DNA of 64,000 nt from Bigelowiella natans CCMP2755 (lineage: Eukaryota > Protista > Cercozoa), in assembly GCA_000320545.1 (NCBI GenBank), contig ADNK01000546.1, forward strand, positions 1 through 64,000, in the 5' to 3' direction. The notes below the pieces were generated by a model that saw only the letters and a program-made list of their open reading frames with translations, searched no databases and was not told the DNA's origin. Positions 49,101 through 60,357 of this stretch are shown one piece after another. The position numbers and the translations under genes were made by a program. The stretch's first letter is position 1. Each line of letters starts with the position of its first letter.

Positions 49101-50096
49101 GCGTAGGGATATAGCCTGCACTGCTGCCTCCATCGTGGTGTAGCCTTTCTCCGTAACGTAAGTGGATTCCTTTATCTTTAACTTGAACTCTTCAAACCTT
49201 GCCTGATCATCACCTGTGTTGTAATTAAAATCATGTAGTTCGTCGATCATATCCTGGAAGCGCGTGGCAAAGTCTCTAACAGGTTCTCTCTCATGCTGCA
49301 TCATTGCTCTGTATTTTCTAATAGCCTGGGGTAGGGAGTTAGCATCCTGTTCATTTACAAAAGCCTTCATTATCGCCTCAACGTCTCGTAGCCCACTAAC
49401 TGTAGTGTGTATTTTCTCTAGCTGCCTGATCCGGGTCCTGCCTGTCTCGTAAAGGTCCATGGCTTGCTTTATTATAGCTAGCCATTTGAGCTTGTCGTTT
49501 TCGGTGGGGTTAGGGGTAAAGTCGCAGAGTATACTCCTAGCGTTCTTCCACCACCTCCTTGCCTCACCTCTTTTCCCGTTGTATTTCGTTATCATAACCG
49601 GTGCTGTTTTAACAGACATGAACTGGGTGTTCCGCTGTACCGGCTGCTGCTGCTTGACGGTGCTCTGGGTCGTCCCCCGCGAGGCGCCCAGACCCCCGTC
49701 GTTCCTAAACAAAGCTGCCCACTCTGGAGGTAAGTCTGCTTCGTAATCCATGATGTCCTGCATGATAGCTGCCCAAACATCATGTGTCTGATACTTGTAT
49801 TCTATCGATACTTTCAGTTTGGCGTAGTTGCTCGCCCTGGGTCGCAAGGCTCGTAATGCCATTACGACCTTCTTGCTTTCGGCGGCCACGTCCTCGTCGT
49901 CCGCCTCGTAGAAGTTCTCCAGTGCCTCTGCTGCTGCATCTGCTTTCTTAATCCCGGGTGCTGGTCCCGGCGGTGCCTGTGGAGGTGTTCCTCCTCCTTC
50001 CTTAGCGTCCGTATCGCCCTTCCTTTCCTGTTTCTGCTCGTGCCCTTGCACGGCCTGCGAGCCAAAGTCCTGCTGTTCTTCTAGCTGCTGTGACAT
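46071..50096 (-). CDS. Gag-Pol polyprotein (Zn knuckle, protease, RT, RNase H, integrase N-half)
   Basis: CGYCSRKGKHTAKDC, ALWDSGS, FPYGL/YVDD, WTDWS...E...TDH, H-H-C-C, QIDV...FVDVATG. Confidence 0.95.
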   Translation of the reverse strand: MSQQLEEQQDFGSQAVQGHEQKQERKGDTDAKEGGGTPPQAPPGPAPGIKKADAAAEALENFYEADDEDVAAESKKVVMALRALRPRASNYAKLKVSIEYKYQTHDVWAAIMQDIMDYEADLPPEWAALFRNDGGLGASRGTTQSTVKQQQPVQRNTQFMSVKTAPVMITKYNGKRGEARRWWKNARSILCDFTPNPTENDKLKWLAIIKQAMDLYETGRTRIRQLEKIHTTVSGLRDVEAIMKAFVNEQDANSLPQAIRKYRAMMQHEREPVRDFATRFQDMIDELHDFNYNTGDDQARFEEFKLKIKESTYVTEKGYTTMEAAVQAISLREQEQDRKFTSPKVPGIGNINAIKPQRDWYKDREGNRRCGYCSRKGKHTAKDCRDRKEGRPRMTIRQLNEHYEKLKRKKGRGQGYNNSKWQGSNNGKNNKYKNKKQNSINAIQQQINGILDHLKQAPTKTAVPATQDQDKPMTLDDIKNLGVCNINDEDANRTIKVAMTKVKVKDSYGDYKKLPALWDSGSMPKSFISLSTVRRLGLLDQVTKKERKYAQADGSSSMKTVGELMLKLQIPGSDAETQIKTRVAMTLSMELLLGQDALEKLGGIISFYNHKIYFAKLPKKSGRTISQNMIRLDEWTSESSVNALEFMDLADNKLPTPTELRKKNPGKTIRQITELLDKTPPADDWDIDKGKKYINKILNEKYSDITKPTTKPSSKLTPVKIELKKGYEECIINDPEHRRPEADWEKIEWQINEWAKEGKIEPSNSPWNVRHVLAKKPTYPFFRLAHNFIRHNRVIKRIQTPTPRIDDVIEHVIGYKYYSSLDKNESYMQTPIHKTSRPITAFSSRHRKWHFVVFPYGLSISGDAFSSQNYRAYTHDGMASVLWVFVFVYVDDDIICTNTVVAQIFLLENIFIRFAHFGFTIRLQKCTFLATRIKWCGYYLEQGRITPNPEKVAALQQAPKPKNAKKLKSFLHTAAWILRRFSPTYARTAAAFTTAYRKENSVGLSFAKVWAKAGLDAHFDNLIKLCSNTLLNAKLDTTRPATLWTDWSKLGMAAVLTQDQQIIRVWGRACTAAEAKYSPTKGEYKAMTEAQRKLRYYLLSVPSFTLMTDHNPLLGIDRKLEAPNDEYAAMRADTEEFRDKRTVVYAPGDKQLADYFSRLFEKKVPTQVTPMVNAITFEDGDFLPEPEELQHLQEHLDKYKHKHEVLSDRIYVYTNNVRRTYVPRRTRGALLFTAHGPAHVGENHITALLYHYYWPYKLKEIRTYLRGCRCSSLKAAGVATKESSKSRASKKIKARNFLDIVQIDVYKYDGYHYLTFVDVATGKCWVKKIIKVNVAKKQRLI

Positions 50097-50112
50097 TGTT
50101 AGTCAAATCGTT

Positions 50113-50130
50113 TCCCGTGTGTGGAAGCCA
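50113..50130 (-). promoter_or_regulatory. Primer-binding site (TGGCTTCCACACACGGGA)
   Basis: Begins with TGG 5 nt after the 5' LTR. Its complement resembles a tRNA 3' end (...TCGTTTCCCG..TGTGGAAG-CCA), possibly Glu/Asp type. Confidence 0.65.
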
Positions 50131-50135
50131 AAGGT

Positions 50136-50461
50136 TGTTGCGCGTAAGGTGTTCACAGGCCGAGGCGCTACGTGCACAAGTAGGCAGGGGGGGGGAAAGG
50201 CACGTTTGCTTCCTTTTGAAGAGTTTTGTTTATTTTTATTAAAGATTATATTTTTATTAAATCGTGCACTGCGTAATCATTCGCGAAGCTTTCGCGAATG
50301 CCGCCGCACGTGGGGCAGCACACTTCCGGTGTGCTGCCATGAGTCCCGCCGGAACCCACGTGCCTATGCTGTATTAATATCTACGTTATCTATATTCTAT
50401 ATCCGCGACAACCCCTTTGTTGTCGCACGTGACTTGTGCCCGCGTAGTGGTACGCGCTACA
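50136..50461 (-). repeat. 5' LTR
   Basis: 326 bp, TG...CA, followed by the PBS and the gag ATG at 50096. Confidence 0.95.
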
Positions 50462-50820
50462 AGCTATCCATCTAGACATTCCGTCTAGCCGTCGCAGCCG
50501 CACTAGCGTAGATCGATTGTGCGGCGCATCGCACGGCGTCACTCGTCGTTCACCCTGACCTTATTGTTTCCATATTCCACATCGAACTTAGGTCGGGGTC
50601 CTAAACAAGGCATTGCTCGCTCCCACATCTAGACATGGCAACGCAGTGAACACTTTGCTAGTTCATGCGTTCATTTGTTAGTTTCCATGTTAGTCTTGAT
50701 GAAGCACAGTTCAAAATGACATGAGCACATGCACCGATGGCTAGATGGATTGCTGGCGCTGCACATGAATTGAAATTGTGTGATGGCCTTTGGGTGTCAT
50801 GTGGGCACAACTGACAAGTG
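50462..50820. other. CTAG-rich, TpA-poor island carrying an 85-bp copy of retrotransposon internal sequence
   Basis: 50543-50627 matches 45399-45483; flanked by tctaga and ctag words. Confidence 0.75.
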
Positions 50821-50942
50821 CAATTAATCGATGGCCACAAGAATTCATCGGCATTTCAGCTACATTTTTCATTTTTATTCATTCTTGTACTTTCAAATGC
50901 TCGTACGAGATGCAAGCACGTTTTATGTCGAACTGGTTTCAT

Positions 50943-52406
50943 CTAGATTTCAGCTTTTTTGATAACCTCTCCTTTAAAATTAAAGTTTTCTTCTTGATAT
51001 CTGCCAATTTCCTCCTCAGCTCCTCTTTCTTTGCCTCTTTTTTTGCCGTTGAGACGACAGCGTGAAGATAGGCCTCAGGCTGCATCTAGAATAAATGTTG
51101 CAGAGTGAGTTCAACCGTTTCTAAAATACGAAATTTGATACATTATTTCTTAATCACAGCTATCTTTGTGCAGTTGCTAACGCAACACCTTGCCATTCGC
51201 CTTATTTTGCACAGAATCTTCTTTCAGGGTGAATGTATGATGTCGATCTGCTGCGTTCATCACGCGCTCAATATCTCCATTGTTGGTGGCCTGCACAAAT
51301 CGAGACCAATCCTACAGTGAAGGAAAACACCAAAAATAGTCCACGGTGAGTTTCTTAAGTATGGTTTTGGAAATTAAGGAAAATGGGTAGTTACACTAAC
51401 TACCCGCCTCCATTCTATTCCTTTTTCTCCCCTGCTCCCTGTATATTACTTCAGGTGTAAGCCTAATCCCTCTCTTCGACGGGATGCTATTGAGCGCGTG
51501 ATACTCCCGGATGTCCACGGCCCATTTCCCCTTGTACTGAGTGATCTTTAGAAACTTCTCTCCGGCGAGGTGAAGCTGATACATTTGATTTCGAGCCTCG
51601 AGCGCCTCCGACACCTCGTTTATGTTTCTGCAAAGGTGCATAATACCTTCGTCGCGAAAGCTGATTCCCTTTCTAAGAGGCACTAACTGGCCATCTTTAA
51701 GGAAGAATTCGCGGAAAGATGCTAGCCGTTGACCCAGGAAAAGTGACGCTTCAAATTTACGTAGCCCGCCCAGGTAGATGCTCTGAGAGCCATCGTCATT
51801 CTTGTCTAGGGTGTCGTCTTGATTCGGTCCCTTTTCTTTATGTAAATAGTTTGAGTTCTTCTCATTTATCCTCCCTTGTTGCCTCGACTCGTGCTGTTGA
51901 TAAGAAAACACGGTGAAATATTCACTAAAATTTACATCGTGGCTACGCTGGAATAGTGATGCTGTATTTGTATTGATGACCAAAAGACCTTTTCTTTGAA
52001 GTTGCAAGCTTTTGGAGAATTTCTCTCTATAGCAGGGATAGAACTCTCGCTGGTAGATACGGAAGACCGTTTGTTCTCGCCACCTGTGTGATACGGCAAC
52101 AAATTTAGTGGTGACAGGATGTGTTACTCTCTGTGGTCTTAACATTATAATCAAGTTACCGTCAAAAAAATGTTCACTATCTCCATCACCCCTTTCTAAG
52201 AAAGAATCATTTAGTGTGTCTTGCTTATCCCCCTCTCCTTGATTTCGCGCGGCATCGTGAAAGTGGAAAGAGGATTCCTCAGTCCTCACCTGAAGGGGTG
52301 CTACCCTTTTGGAGAAAAATGCAAGTAACAATCATCCCGCACATCGCATAGCTCATTGCCACTGACAAACCTCCTTTCCGGTGTTACGATTTCGAGAAAG
52401 ACACAT
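50943..52406 (-). CDS. Protein with two tandem PC4/Sub1 (ssDNA-binding coactivator) domains
   Basis: LASFREFFLKDGQLVPLRKGISF and FLKITQYKGKWAVDIREYHALNSIPSKRGIRLTPE|DW. Start uncertain. Confidence 0.75.
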
Positions 52407-52679
52407 GCTAGTACGGCGATTGCTGTAGAGAAAAAATATAAAAATCATATTTCCATCCTGACTTTAGCAGCAATATGAAAAGAAGTGAATATCGGACAAC
52501 AGATGCGCCGGAAAAGCTTCGCCATTCCCCATCTCGCGGCCCGATCTTAGTTTGGTGTTCGATAAAAAAAGGCCTGGGTTTCGGTAAAAAGACAAATGAT
52601 TTACCTCTATTATGAATCAAATTTGGTTAAACCCAGCCTATTCACTGTGGGTTTTGTGTATGCGACAAGGCAGTTGAAC

Positions 52680-54265
52680 ATGAATATCCCGGATATCGCA
52701 ACAAAATGCCTCATGGCTCATATCTCACCGGAACCGAACGTGCCCCCCAAGTGCCCGTTATCAGAGCACCAGCTGCCGGAACCTAACGTCATCACGGCCT
52801 TATTCACATTTTAAGACTACATCAAGCTGCGGAGAACTGAAATAGCCCCATTTTCACACATTTATCTCTAGAAACTTCCAGACCTTCTGTAATACCCCAA
52901 CACGAAATCATCACAACCCATCCTCGACATCCATGACCTTGTATAGTGCTCTGACATTCATCATTGCTGTATTGCCTGGGGATGTAGGAGCAACCTTCAG
53001 CTTACCCGACATCCCGGTGACATCATGCTTCAATTGAAATCTCCTATCACGGCACTGATCCTATCCTGTTTTAGGATGCGCATTTCATCTTTCGTCATGC
53101 ACAGTGCCGACTTTGTACCGAGATGGGGAACATCTGGTGTCCTACCGCTCCTGTGTTAAGGTGAATCTAAAGATTCTAGAAGTTGAAGAGAATTGATCGA
53201 ATGAGCCTCCGAAATACCTTTCAGGGGTGGGAACAGGACCGACTCAGATGGAATTTGCGTCGATCCACAAAGGAATCTTTGTCCAAATTCGGGGCTAACG
53301 GATTCGGAGCAGTGCCCTGGTAGTATTAGGCAATGTATATGTTACTGCTCCATGATAACTGAATAAGTTGGTGTTTGTGGTGGATACAAACAGGCGATGA
53401 ACCAGCGACGAAGGCGTCCTGTACATTGTGCACGTTGGATTCATTCACTTGGTGTCCCGACCTGGCTGGAGCTCCCATGGAGATCAATGAGTATGAAGGC
53501 AGATGCGTAGCATCTGGTCCGTGTGGGCAGCAAGTCACAAAACCAAGGACAGATCTGGAACACGACGATGATAACCACTGGCATCACCACGATCATGGCT
53601 ATAGGCACCACCATCACCACGAGAGATTTCTTGAAAACGGGTACTCAGCTAAGATGGATAGAAAATAATAAGTCGGAATACAAAGTACCGTGATTTCTAA
53701 TATATGCAATACTTCTAGAATAAAAGATGTTGGCTTCTGCAAACTTGACGATACTTCGGGAATTGCTATGGCAGTTGGAGCAGCTTCTGTCGGTCTATGG
53801 CTAGGCACTTTTGCGATGTGCCTCCTATGCCTTGCAGGTGAATATTTGGAGGAATTTACCTGATGCGCCATTGTTTCACGTATTCTAAACATATTAGGAT
53901 CCGTCGTGGCAGTATGCACATGTAAAGTGCTTACGAGCAAAGCCACACGAAGATGTTGCAGCGACATTGTCAAGTCGCTCAGAAATCGATCCCGGATCTC
54001 ATCGACAACCACGCCTGTCACCCAAGACGAGCATCTGGATAATACGATCAATACAGAAGACGAGTTGGTAGAACACGAGACTGTAGTTGGAATTGCACAA
54101 ACCTCTCCACATATTAGAGCAGTGAATGATCCTCGTCCCATTTTGCGTTCACAGCCAACGAACAACTTTGGTTCTTCTGGCTCGAGTCAAAAAAACATGT
54201 TTTATCCTGATATGAAAGCAGAATATAAGTTGATTCCGTTAGCCACTGCTACTACTTCCGAGTAA
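52680..54265 (+). CDS. Single-pass membrane protein with two PSI-like Cys repeats and a His-rich segment (start uncertain)
   Basis: CRLCTEMGNIWCP...C...C...C and CTLCTLDSFTWCP...C...C; HWHHHDHGYRHHHHH; hydrophobic GIAMAVGAASVGLWLGTFAMCLLCLA. Confidence 0.55.
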
Positions 54266-54379
54266 AAAGTTGAAGGTGATGAATCCGGCAGTCGTGAATG
54301 ATAGTCTATTATTGATACTACATTTAAATAGTCTAAATTAGAGCAGCGTTTAGCGACAGACGTTGGGCAAGCGGTGTTC

Positions 54380-54740
54380 GTTATTCCGCATGCATCATTT
54401 ACATTCGTATCTGTAACCTAGCCGACTATGACCACAGGCATAAGCATAATGCATCCTCTTTATTATTGTTTAGTGTATGCCGTAGGCTCCACGCTGAACT
54501 GCATGTGATGAGGACCAAGCTAGCTAGCATGACGACTTGTAGAGCCATCGCATATTTGACATGCATGTGCCGCAGGCACTCTAGCGCTATTTGCAAGATA
54601 CGCATGGGCGTTGCAAAAACTCAAGCAGCTAATGCGTGCGTGCTCACACACACACACATACACACATGTCCGTTTGATGCTCTAGATGTGCATACGCCTC
54701 GCCTACTACCTGCATGCACCGCTCTAGCGCTGCGCGCTGT
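54380..54740. other. CTAG/CATG/TGCA-rich island (convergent gene ends)
   Basis: gctagctagcatg, tctag and gcatgc words downstream of both flanking genes. Confidence 0.55.
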
Positions 54741-54796
54741 GGGTTGATTATGTCTGCTATGTATGTGAGCATTATTACTGTGTATTATTTTCTCTC

Positions 54797-54833
<37 letters not shown>

Positions 54834-55185
54834 CCTCTTTCAGAACAGAGCTTCATGTACGCGCACGGGCGCGCATGTGTACGTTCACACATTCTGTGCA
54901 TGTAAATACCAAACAATAACCGAGTAGTTGGGAATATTCATATAATAATGAATCGAAATCTAAACCCAGGAACTCAAATCTAGGCATTTGAGATCCCTGT
55001 TACCAGTGTGTTCTTATACATAGATTGCACATATTAGCATGCGGTACAAACAATGTGTGCATATAATTTCAAGATTCAGCCGATGTGCAAATGCGATCAA
55101 TCTGAACATCACGATAATACTGGTGGCAATTCTCCCTTGCCTTTGCTGCAAGGAGTTCCAAATTTTCAAGATGCCTCTTAGTAAT

Positions 55186-55394
55186 TTAGCTTGCAAGCTT
55201 GAAGTGGTAGCCTTTGAGGCGACTAAAAGCACCAAACCTAAACGACAATACCATACACGTCAACATAAAACAAAAGGAGACGTCCACGTTTGCGAGGTCT
55301 CCCCCGCTGTACATCTTAAAATATTGACCTAATCTTGGCCTTTTGTTGCGGAAGAGATTGTTGTAATAAAAATCATGAGATTGTTGTAATGAAA

Positions 55395-55433
<39 letters not shown>

Positions 55434-55700
55434 ACGTGTTCTAACAATTAATATCACTCTACCCATGCTCTGATAGGGAAACTCCCTTCCCCGTATCCTT
55501 TACACCTGGGGGGGGAGGAGTGATAATTGATTTCGACATCTTTATACTACTTTATAAACTATTACCTGTCCACGGCAGCATTGGATCGAGATAGTCGCAA
55601 CGGTTCATGAAGACCGTTCCTAGTTTATTTTGCAAGCACATAAGATTGAGGAATGAAGAAGATCCAAGGCTAGTAAAGGTATTCGCATGCTTACTCACGC

Positions 55701-55735
<35 letters not shown>

Positions 55736-55762
55736 GCAGCACATTATAAAGTGTAATGTAAA

Positions 55763-55815
<53 letters not shown>

Positions 55816-56231
55816 GCACGTTTGGAGTCCATCATGATCTTCTATTGTAGCTAATAGGTGAGCACACAAAGACCCCTCCAACACTCACCGGCTTCGATCC
55901 TTGGAGCAAGCTGCATGGCTCTTTCTGCACTCTCAGTGAAAAGAACTCCAGTCTGTGAAACACCAAGCAGCACCAAAAGAGATTCATGCAAGGAGCACTC
56001 AGATTAGGCTACAATTCATTTAATTTAGAGATTTGAATATGTGGTTGCGAAGGCTCTTTCTCCTCTCTTTTCTTCTCTCTCGCGCTACACACACACACGC
56101 ACGCATGCATGCACGCAAGATATGATAATTGTTGTTCATAGAGCACAGACCAATCCGTAATTTGTCGAGTTCAGTCTCTCAACCTGTGGTCACATAATAA
56201 TACAACAAAATAATAACGAGAATCACGCACA

Positions 56232-56270
<39 letters not shown>

Positions 56271-57945
56271 CCCGCGCACATGCCCATACATTAATAAAAG
56301 CGTAATCACTGCTGAACATGGCATCATCGATTTTGTAGAGTAGAAAAATGGTAGGAGGGATAAGGATAGATAGTACCGCATCATCATCGGACTTGACGGA
56401 TGCAACTGCCAGTACAGGACCAAAAGACTCCACCCTTTAAATCAACAACAGTTTGGAAGAAGAAGAAGAAGAAGAAGAAGAAGAAGAAGAAGAAGAGAGG
56501 GACAAGTACTGCTCAATCCTTATGTACTTGTAAAGCCATTTGCGTAATATTGATAGAAGCTATGAGAAAGATATCGATAATAAGATATATTAATATATCA
56601 ATGGTGTGTTATTGATCTTAGTTTTACGTGGCGATGTCCATGTCACTAGTCACATCGGCGACGAGAGTAGGCTCAAAGAAACGGCCTTTTCCAGCGGAAT
56701 CTTGTTTTTCACGATGGGATAAAGATGCAGGAGCAGAATAATGGCAGTGGTGAGAATTGGATTACTTTAAGTAATATGATCTCTAGATTGAAGGGTGGTG
56801 TGTAGGTACAGAATACATCCCAAACAATTACTTTCGTTCGTACAAATGGAGTTTGGACGACGAATGAATGAAGATAAGAAACAAGGCGGGAAAAGGAAGA
56901 AGAAGAAATAGAAGGAGACAATTGCAGCTCTTGAAGTTCTTCTTTATCATTATAATCATCAATCTTCTTTTGCCACCTCCACCCTCCTCTTCCTCTTCTT
57001 TTGTTGAACTCTTTCATCATCATCATCATCATCACCATCATCATCATTCATTACCTGTTGTTGGCTTCCCTCCAACCACCACGCGCGCTCCCTTCGCACG
57101 GGCATCGTTGACCTGGACAAATGATGCAATAATAGGAGACGATGACGATAGCTATGATGATCATGTCACAAGACGGAGGACTATCATCAACACGAGTGTA
57201 CAGGCTCCTAGCATATCTTGCAAACCAATACCTGAGCTTCCAAAAAGGCTGGTTGTGAGCTCTGATGTGAAAGAAAAAGAAGAAGACATCTATATTATCA
57301 GAGTGCAGTCCGACTTAATACCACAAAGGCAAGTGGGGTGTGTACGTCCATTTTAAGCGATCTATGCATTCGAGCAGTCAATAATGTGTGAAGCATAGAG
57401 TAGTAGTAGTAGAAGAAGAAGAAGAAGAAGAAGAAGAAGAAGAACGAGATAAGGTAGTAGCAGTAGCACCAAAGCCAAGGGTCCAAGAGTAGTTTTCTCA
57501 TCGCTAGGATCGCCCAGTACATATCTGTCCCCGACACATTAGCAGCCACCAATAAAACGCATCAGGGATACGCTGCGTTTACTATTCGCATCGTCAGGAG
57601 AAAGTCATTGCTGCTGGAATGAAATAGCTTCTTGTTGTCGTGGTGGTGGTTAAACGGTACTACCCGCTGATGGTTTCTGCGGCCTTTTCAACGAACTCAT
57701 CGTACATGCTCTCGTGCACATATACCCTGATAAGATTCAATAGAAGGGGAATAGGAAGAGGTTGGAAAGTCATTTCGTGGCCTCCCAACACTGGAGTGTA
57801 TGGGTTGATGCATCATAGAATATAGTATCATCTCAAAGCTGGTTTGCAGTAGCAGTAGTAGCATTACCTCTCAATACCGCAGCAGGATTGTCCTATTGTT
57901 TGATTCCAACCATATGGAAAAAGAATAACAATGACGAAGAGAAAA

Positions 57946-57976
<31 letters not shown>

Positions 57977-58166
57977 CTGAATGATTTATATGTTTTCCAT
58001 GAGTCTGAGTGTGTTTTTTGATGTGTCGTAAGATGACGGGTTGTTCATAAGCCATATGCCTATTGAAGAAGAGAAGAATCAGAAGAAAGAACTACCTGCG
58101 TTATAGAATGCCCCGTCGACCTACACGGACATAATCATTATGAATATAGATAGGTACATATTCAAT

Positions 58167-58200
<34 letters not shown>

Positions 58201-60321
58201 CAGTCTATGAGAAACAGGGAAAAGAGCCACTACAATAAGATTTAATTCGCGAGAAATCAAGGACTAGCTCGTCCAAGAACACAATGGATTGTTGTACTCT
58301 CCTCCTCCTCCTCCTCCTCCTCCTCCTCCTCCTCCCCCTCTTCTCTTTTTGCACACTACTACTAACACTTACCAGTCCTGCAACCGCATTGTCTAGATTA
58401 GCGTCAGGGGCCACATAGGCCCCATCCTGTGTATGTGTGTAATAACGAGAATTTGAACAGGTATTATGGCTCTAACGAATAAGAGAATAATGTGGGTAAA
58501 GAGGAAGAAGAAGAAGAAGAAGAAGAAGAAGAAGGAGAAGGTGTTGATGATTTGTGATGCCGTCGGTAGTGCAGGCTGCTACGAAACACGATGGTAAAAA
58601 AGACGTGGGGCACCAACGGGTGCAGTGCTTTCTATTGCTGTGTTCTACTCTTACCTTGCCTCCCAGCTCCAATGTCGTATCGATGAATCGATTTCTGGCA
58701 ACTGACTCATAAATCTAAATAGAGGGCAGCGAAGGGGACCCGGACAACGAAGAGGGAGGAATGTGCGTATTAATGATGTGGAACATATCACTTCTACAAC
58801 TATCTTTTGAATTTGGCTCAAAATGATCTCTCTACCCCACCCCCCTTCTACCCTTCTCTCTCACCTTATGGCCTGTCGCGACAGAACCTATAAAGATGAC
58901 GAGAAAATAAGGTAAAATTAGTGAGATAAATGCAAAGAAGCTCTGTCGCAATGAGCTCATGGTGTGGCCTGTGTTCTTCTTTTGCCATCATTATTGTCTT
59001 CATCCTCTAAGACATAATCTCGTTAAAATGTATTCTTGTGTAGTCCTTCTTGATGATGATGATGATGATGATGATCATGATCATGATGCAGAGAAGTAAG
59101 AAAGAAACGACAACGCTGATGACGGGAAAGCATACCAGTGAAGGACACGAATCCTATCTTGGGATGTTGAATTGCAGCATGTACGGTGTCGTTGTCCGTG
59201 TGGAGGGCCTGTTATGATGATGATTAAGCGGCGCAAATGAGGGACTGTTGTATAACGTGCGGATTTATACCTCACACACATCATGTTTCATGGTAATCAG
59301 CACGATCGCACCCAAGTGAATGTACACGTATCTATCTAAGCTTGCTACGGGAGAGGGTTGGATAAAACAAAGCTGAGTTAATTGGATCGGTGTTTCTTTA
59401 TGTATTTACCAACATACATACCTGCACTAGACCGACGGGAGCACCGCTACTTTCGAATGCACTGTTTAAAGAAGATGTCAGAGCAATCCAAATGCAGCAG
59501 GAACACCCCCCTGCCTCTACCTCATTGATTTAACAAAATTATCATTGCTAGATGCTACATTATATCGCCACCGTTTTTATCTTAGGGAATTATTACGATT
59601 GGAAGTGGTTTGCGCATAAAGGCGTTCTTGGCGAGTGTTTCAGCACCACAGAGTTTCCTAAGAATAGAGTTCAAAGGAACAGATAGAGGAGGGGCGTTGG
59701 CTGGAAGTTGTTGGAAACCTCCACCTCATCATGATCATCATCATCATCCATCTTATGGCCATCAATCCTCTCCTTCTTCCTCTCCTTTCCGCCCCCCCCT
59801 AATGACTATACCAGCAAGGACTGCCGGGATGACTGAATTGACTGTGGTGAGAAGTGGATAATTCCAAGGTGCTAGCACCAGGACTACTCCTACGGGCTCT
59901 CTTACGATCTGGAGAAACAAGGTAATTACAGTTAACATGACCATCTTCACATGCATTTATCATTTCTAGCTTTGCTGCTGTGCGTTGCAGTAACTGTGCG
60001 CTATTAATGACCTTCCTCATGAAGCCTTCCTTGGGTAACACCTGATCGAGGAATCGAAAGGAAGGGGCGGGAGGGGGCGAGAAGATGAGGGAAGGAATTG
60101 CATCGACTACAAACATATACACATTTATCATCTTTGTTTCCACCTCATCAGCAAGGGCTTTAGGAGCGAAGTCGCACATGGCCTCCACGCGCTCCATAAC
60201 ACCGTTGACCTGTGCAGCACACCACATCGATTGTCACCGGTCAAGAGCGTAATTGGAAAGTCAACATCCAAGAGATAGCAGCAGCACTTGGTATTATTGC
60301 ATGATGCTGTTGAGCTCTTAG

Positions 60322-60357
<36 letters not shown>

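Larger units (their letters stand above)
44176..50461 (-). mobile_element. Ty3/Gypsy LTR retrotransposon, near intact, 4-bp TSD AGCT
   Basis: 326-bp TG...CA LTRs; AGCT at 44172-44175 and 50462-50465; domain order gag-PR-RT-RH-INT; PBS and PPT present. Confidence 0.95.

Noticed and set aside
50105-50130. tRNA gene
   Set aside because: Only a 3'-end-like stretch is present; it is the retrotransposon PBS, with no full cloverleaf.
5276-55811. Similar lengths (~30-40 nt) of many (AG)n, (TA)n and (CA)n tracts as a functional ruler
   Set aside because: This could easily be assembly collapse of microsatellites and cannot be judged without reads.
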